64,000 nucleotides of DNA from an uncultured bacterium (lineage in GTDB: Bacteria; Desulfobacterota_D; UBA1144; Nemesobacterales; UBA2774), in contig CAWGRW010000009.1 of assembly GCA_963825135.1 (NCBI GenBank), positions 1,568,001 to 1,632,000 on the forward strand, in the 5' to 3' direction. The position numbers and the translations under genes are program-made. Under the pieces are notes generated by a model. It did no database searches, was not told the origin of the DNA, and saw only the letters and a program-made list of their open reading frames with translations. Below are positions 60,284 to 64,000 of the stretch, in pieces. Positions within the stretch are counted from its first letter, which is position 1, and each line of letters begins with the position of its first letter.

Positions 60284-61042
60284 TCAAAGTACCCGGGACA
60301 GGTCTGATCTCAGCTTCTCGAGAAATCCATAATTCGTGAGGTCGAGGCTTATCGGGGTTATCGATACGTACCCGTCTCTCACGGCGGTTATATCCGAATT
60401 CTCTATTTCCAGCGAGCCCAGTTCGTACCCGCCTATCCAGTAATATTTCTTCCCCCTGGGATCGACCTTTTCCACTACCGGTTCTCCGTATACACGCTTC
60501 CCCTGTCTCGTCACTTTGATGCCTTTAATCTTATCCGTCGAGAGGTTCGGTACATTCACGTTAAGCACGGTGTCCTCAGGGAGCTTCTTTTCCAGGACGT
60601 ACCTCGCAATGATCTGCGAGAAATAGGAAGCCGCATCGAAGTTAAAGTCGGTCTTGGTCGCGAGGGAAATCGCGATTGAGTTAATTCCGAGAAGAGCGCC
60701 CTCCATGGCCGCGCTTACGGTGCCCGAATATGTTATATCGTCGCCCAGGTTTTCTCCCTTGTTTATGCCCGATACGACGAGGTCGGGCTTCCTGTCTTTC
60801 AGTATCCCGTTTATAGCCAGGTTGATGCAGTCGGTTGGGGTCCCGTCCACGGCGTAAACATATTCCGATATCTGCTCTATCCTGAGCGGGCGGTAGAGGC
60901 TCAAAGAATGGCTCACTGCGCTCTGGTCCCTGTCGGGAGCGACTATGTAAACCTCCCCGAGCGGTTTCAGGGCCTCGCGGAGCTTGTGGAGCCCTTCGGA
61001 GTTTATTCCGTCATCGTTCGATATGAGTATAGTCGGCGGCAT
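60284..61042 (-). CDS. surE: 5'/3'-nucleotidase SurE
   Basis: ILISNDDG, GTPTDC, SGINKGENLG, YSGTVSAAMEG. Confidence 0.97.
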   Translation of the reverse strand: MPPTILISNDDGINSEGLHKLREALKPLGEVYIVAPDRDQSAVSHSLSLYRPLRIEQISEYVYAVDGTPTDCINLAINGILKDRKPDLVVSGINKGENLGDDITYSGTVSAAMEGALLGINSIAISLATKTDFNFDAASYFSQIIARYVLEKKLPEDTVLNVNVPNLSTDKIKGIKVTRQGKRVYGEPVVEKVDPRGKKYYWIGGYELGSLEIENSDITAVRDGYVSITPISLDLTNYGFLEKLRSDLSRVL

Positions 61043-61155
61043 GTCTTGATAACCGATGGAAAGGAATCGCCCGGTCAGGCAATAGAAAATACACAATTAA
61101 CGGCGGCGGGCAAGTTTTATCTGTGTCACCTCGGCCGAGAAAGCGATTGAATCAA

Positions 61156-61232
61156 TGGTCGGGGTGGCCGGAATCGAACCGGCGACCCTCGGCACCCCAT
61201 GCCGATGCGCTACCAAGCTGCGCTACACCCCG
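61156..61232 (-). tRNA. tRNA-Pro(GGG)
   Basis: CGGGGTGTAGCGCAGCTTGGTAGCGCA-TCGGC-ATGGGGT-GCCGA-GGGTCGCCGGTTCGATTCCGGCCACCCCGACCA; cloverleaf, encoded CCA, 77 nt. Confidence 0.97.
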
Positions 61233-61280
61233 TGTGAGTACAATGAATGATTTCTATGGAAAGAGTGGGAGGCGAATAAA

Positions 61281-61625
61281 CTAGCCCAGGTTCTGCTTAA
61301 TTGATTTTAATTCGCCCAATACTTCGTGAAGCAAAACATTTACCTTAGTGCTTACACGCTTCTGATTAGCTTCTTCTTTAAGCTTCTTTTTGGCGCCCGC
61401 TATCGTAAAGCTCTGCTCATAAAGCATATTCTTAATCTTTATTATCGTGTGTATTGCATCACGGTCATAAAGTCTCTGGGACTTTCTCCTGATCGGGGTT
61501 ATTTCTTCGAATTCACTCTCCCAGTACCTTAGTACATAAGGTTTGATCCCGGTGAAATCGCTTACTTCGCCGATCCGGAAATATATCTTATCAGGTAAAC
61601 TCACTTCAGCTTTATTCTGCAACAT
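61281..61625 (-). CDS. MerR-family transcriptional regulator
   Basis: PDKIYFRIGEVS..PYVLRYWESEF..FTIAGAKKKL; typical merR-tRNA-Pro-surE order. Confidence 0.92.
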   Translation of the reverse strand: MLQNKAEVSLPDKIYFRIGEVSDFTGIKPYVLRYWESEFEEITPIRRKSQRLYDRDAIHTIIKIKNMLYEQSFTIAGAKKKLKEEANQKRVSTKVNVLLHEVLGELKSIKQNLG

Positions 61626-61632
61626 ATTTTAA

Positions 61633-61661
61633 AAATTAGACCACTTTGGTTTAATTGTCAA
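61633..61661 (-). promoter_or_regulatory. Sigma70-type promoter directly abutting the merR start (leaderless candidate)
   Basis: TTGACA-N17-TAATTT-N7-ATG. Confidence 0.55.
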
Positions 61662-61742
61662 GTGTAAATGATTAGGTATTACCTATATTTATACAATGAT
61701 TTTAAAGTATGAAGAAATTCCCCTATTAAACCCTTATATCGT

Positions 61743-63071
61743 TTAATTTGAGGGCTGCCGGAACGGATCGAACAGGGAAATGGCTCCGAGGGCCCTTTCC
61801 GCTATATGTACTTTCTTCTGTGATTTCGGGGTTTTCTCATCTGGAAGGGGAAATAATCCAAAATTAATGTTCATAGGCTGAAAACGGGTGATGTTCCCGT
61901 CGGAAATGTGGCTCAACAACGATCCCGTCGCGGTCTCGGGGCCGGGGATTACAGGGCTTTTGCCCATGGAGACCCGTGCCGCGTTGATGCCCGCAATTAT
62001 CCCCATCACCGCTGATTCGATATAGCCTTCGACGCCTACTATTTGCCCCGCAAAAAATATGAGATCGTTATTTATCAATTGAAGGGTCGGACGGAGGAGC
62101 CTGGGGGAGTCAATGTAGGTGTTTCTATGGACGCTTCCGAACCTCATGAATTCGGCGCCCTCGAGACCGGGGATCATCCTGAATATGCGTCGCTGTTCGG
62201 GATACCTGAGCTTTGTCTGGAACCCAACTACGTTGTACATCGAACGCTCCTTGTTTTCCGCCCTCAGCTGGACGACGGCGAAAGGCGCGGTCCCCGTGCG
62301 CGGGTCCCTGAGGCCGACCGGCCGCGCGGGTCCGAACCTCAACGTATCCCTCCCGCGCTCGACAATTTCCTCTATGGGGAGACAGCTCTCGAAGTAAATC
62401 CCCTTTTCGAAATCCCTTGTCTCTATTTTCTCGGCTCCGGCGATCTCGTCCACAAAAGTGTAATATTCTTCTCTATTCATGGGACAGTTTATATAATCCC
62501 CTTCCCCGCTGTTTTCATACCTCGACGCTCTGTAAACCCTCGAATAATCTATGGAGTCCCCGTCTATGATCGGGGAAATCGCGTCGTAGAAATATAAATG
62601 ACCGGACTCGGTCAGGTCCCGGATGCTCTCCGCCAGGGATTCCGAGGTGAGCGGCCCGGTGGCTATTATCAGAGGCGAATCGTGCGAATCCGGAATATTC
62701 GTGAATTCCTCCCTTATGATTTCGATGAGCGGATTATTCTCAATCTTTTCAGTTATATACCGGGCGAATGCGGCCCTGTCGACAGCCAGGGCCTTACCCG
62801 CGGGAACGCGTGTACACTCGGCCGCTTCCAGAATTAACGAGCCTAGGTGTTTCATTTCCTCTTTCAGTATCCCGCTTGCGTTCTCAAGGGAATCGGACTT
62901 CAGGGAATTACTGCAAACGAGCTCACCCAGGTCCCCGGTACTGTGCGCCGGGGATGTTTTGTTCGGCCTCATCTCGTAGAGCTTCACCTTGATTCCGAAT
63001 TTCGACGCAGCATGGGCCGCCTCAGAGCCGGCGAGTCCGCCGCCGACTATAACTATAGTGTCTGATTTCAT
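61743..63071 (-). CDS. trmFO: Folate/FAD-dependent tRNA (uracil-54) methyltransferase
   Basis: GGGLAGSEAA, ELVCSNS, FYDAISPI, YFESCLPIE, GQIVGVEGY, FQPMNINFG. Confidence 0.96.
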   Translation of the reverse strand: MKSDTIVIVGGGLAGSEAAHAASKFGIKVKLYEMRPNKTSPAHSTGDLGELVCSNSLKSDSLENASGILKEEMKHLGSLILEAAECTRVPAGKALAVDRAAFARYITEKIENNPLIEIIREEFTNIPDSHDSPLIIATGPLTSESLAESIRDLTESGHLYFYDAISPIIDGDSIDYSRVYRASRYENSGEGDYINCPMNREEYYTFVDEIAGAEKIETRDFEKGIYFESCLPIEEIVERGRDTLRFGPARPVGLRDPRTGTAPFAVVQLRAENKERSMYNVVGFQTKLRYPEQRRIFRMIPGLEGAEFMRFGSVHRNTYIDSPRLLRPTLQLINNDLIFFAGQIVGVEGYIESAVMGIIAGINAARVSMGKSPVIPGPETATGSLLSHISDGNITRFQPMNINFGLFPLPDEKTPKSQKKVHIAERALGAISLFDPFRQPSN

Positions 63072-63376
63072 GGGCATTATTCTACCTGAGCGAAGGTTTT
63101 TCGTTGCCGGTTGTCCCGCTATGAAGACAAATCCGGAAAAGCGAGAGATAATCAGCGGAGATTATCATTTATCTGCTTCAAATTTCATTTCCAGCGAATT
63201 ATTTGAATCTTGTAAGCCCTTCATGGCGGATGACCGCGCCCCGGTGACAAATAAAGTCTGCGCAATACAATATTCGTCATGTCAAATCATTAGTGATAAC
63301 TGCGGGTTACATAAAATTCTTAAGATTCTATTGTTATATTAGTGACTTATGTGATAACCGTGCCTGTATGGTTCCA

Positions 63377-63392
63377 TGGCATATATTTTGCT
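63377..63392 (+). promoter_or_regulatory. Sigma54 (-24/-12) promoter upstream of pilB
   Basis: TGGCAT-ATATT-TTGCT with exact GG-N10-GC spacing, in an AT-rich intergenic region. Confidence 0.75.
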
Positions 63393-63625
63393 AAATTTTA
63401 GTAGGTGGTTGATAGGGTCGGCTCGATTTAAACCGGATTAACTAAAGATGCTGTATTGGACTTATACTTGGATGAGGGAAGTCGGTTCGACAAAATATAG
63501 CGCAAGGCCTGAGCCAAAACCGCTCCAATGGTACTTTGCCCTCGAAGCTGGATTTGATACAGGGCGGCCCTCGGGATGGCAAGAAGCCATAACTTAAAAG
63601 AGGCCCGGATAAAGACAAGATCGAA

Positions 63626-64000
63626 ATGAAAGAACAACGAGTCAGTGCTCAGATGGGCGATATATTGATCAAGGAGGATGTAATAAACCTTGATCAGCTC
63701 AAGACGGCCATACAGGAACAGAAGGAAACAGGCAAAAGGCTTGGAGAGACCCTCCTTAACCTCGGATACATAGACGAACACCAGCTTGTCGCGTATCTCA
63801 GCAAGCAGTACGGAGTACCCGCCATAAACCTGGACCAGTTCGATATCACGCAGGATATCCTGAAAACCGTTTCCAGGGAATCGGCAACAAAACATAAATT
63901 AATTCCGATAAACAAGTCCGGTTCGACGCTCGTAGTCGCGATGTCCGATCCGTCGAATATTTTTGCCGTCGACGACCTCAAGTTCGCGACCGGCCATAAC
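63626..64000 (+). CDS. pilB: Type IV pilus assembly ATPase PilB, N-terminal part running off the window edge
   Basis: Manual translation: MKEQRVSAQMGDILIKEDVI...KRLGETLLNLGYI...LSKQYGVP...LVVAMSDPSNIFAVDDLKFATG. Confidence 0.9.
   Translation, partial: MKEQRVSAQMGDILIKEDVINLDQLKTAIQEQKETGKRLGETLLNLGYIDEHQLVAYLSKQYGVPAINLDQFDITQDILKTVSRESATKHKLIPINKSGSTLVVAMSDPSNIFAVDDLKFATGHN

Noticed and set aside
61043..61280. tRNA-Pro as an integration site
   Set aside because: No integrase, no duplicated tRNA 3' end, and conserved flanking gene order
213..63981. Many long antisense or alternate-frame ORFs in the track (e.g. 882-1616, 17710-18513, 30190-31005, 34812-35615)
   Set aside because: They shadow well-supported genes, have no motifs, and are expected from GC-rich codon bias

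Overview
This is a gene-dense chromosomal window from a Gram-negative bacterium, mostly housekeeping genes. Gene content and order (zapA-ygfA-rny, merR-tRNA-Pro-surE, sigma54-preceded pilB) suggest a Deltaproteobacteria-related lineage, possibly Ca. Dadabacteria, but this is an unverified inference. It holds about 58 protein genes: guaA (partial)/guaB, apbE, ribBA-ribH-nusB-trpD-trpC, a TolC-MFP-RND pump, ogg, a 7xLysM lytic transglycosylase, pfk, queG, tamB, etfBA, radA-murI, a Tat carbonic anhydrase, htpG, MoxR-VWA, purU, acpH, FKBP, a PHA cluster, ccsA, prfA, zapB-zapA-ygfA-rny, ppdK, glyQS, purM, tonB, surE, merR, trmFO and pilB (partial). There is one tRNA-Pro(GGG). I saw no mobile elements, CRISPR arrays or rRNA. 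The most unusual locus is a polyhydroxyalkanoate cluster (41.2-45.6 kb). Its PhaC resembles haloarchaeal-type class III synthases and is preceded by two short paralogous PhaE/PhaR-like subunits and a phasin-like gene. Other oddities are a KdsC homolog lacking its catalytic residues, a PPi-family PFK with the ATP-type GGDG motif, a zapA/ygfA junction with no room for the usual 6S RNA and a possible +1 fusion, and several leaderless-type promoters. Four genes (RND permease, VOC protein, glyS, tonB) are broken by single-base +1 shifts. These are most likely consensus sequencing errors, since glyS is normally essential. All calls come from motif recognition by eye; no database searches were run.
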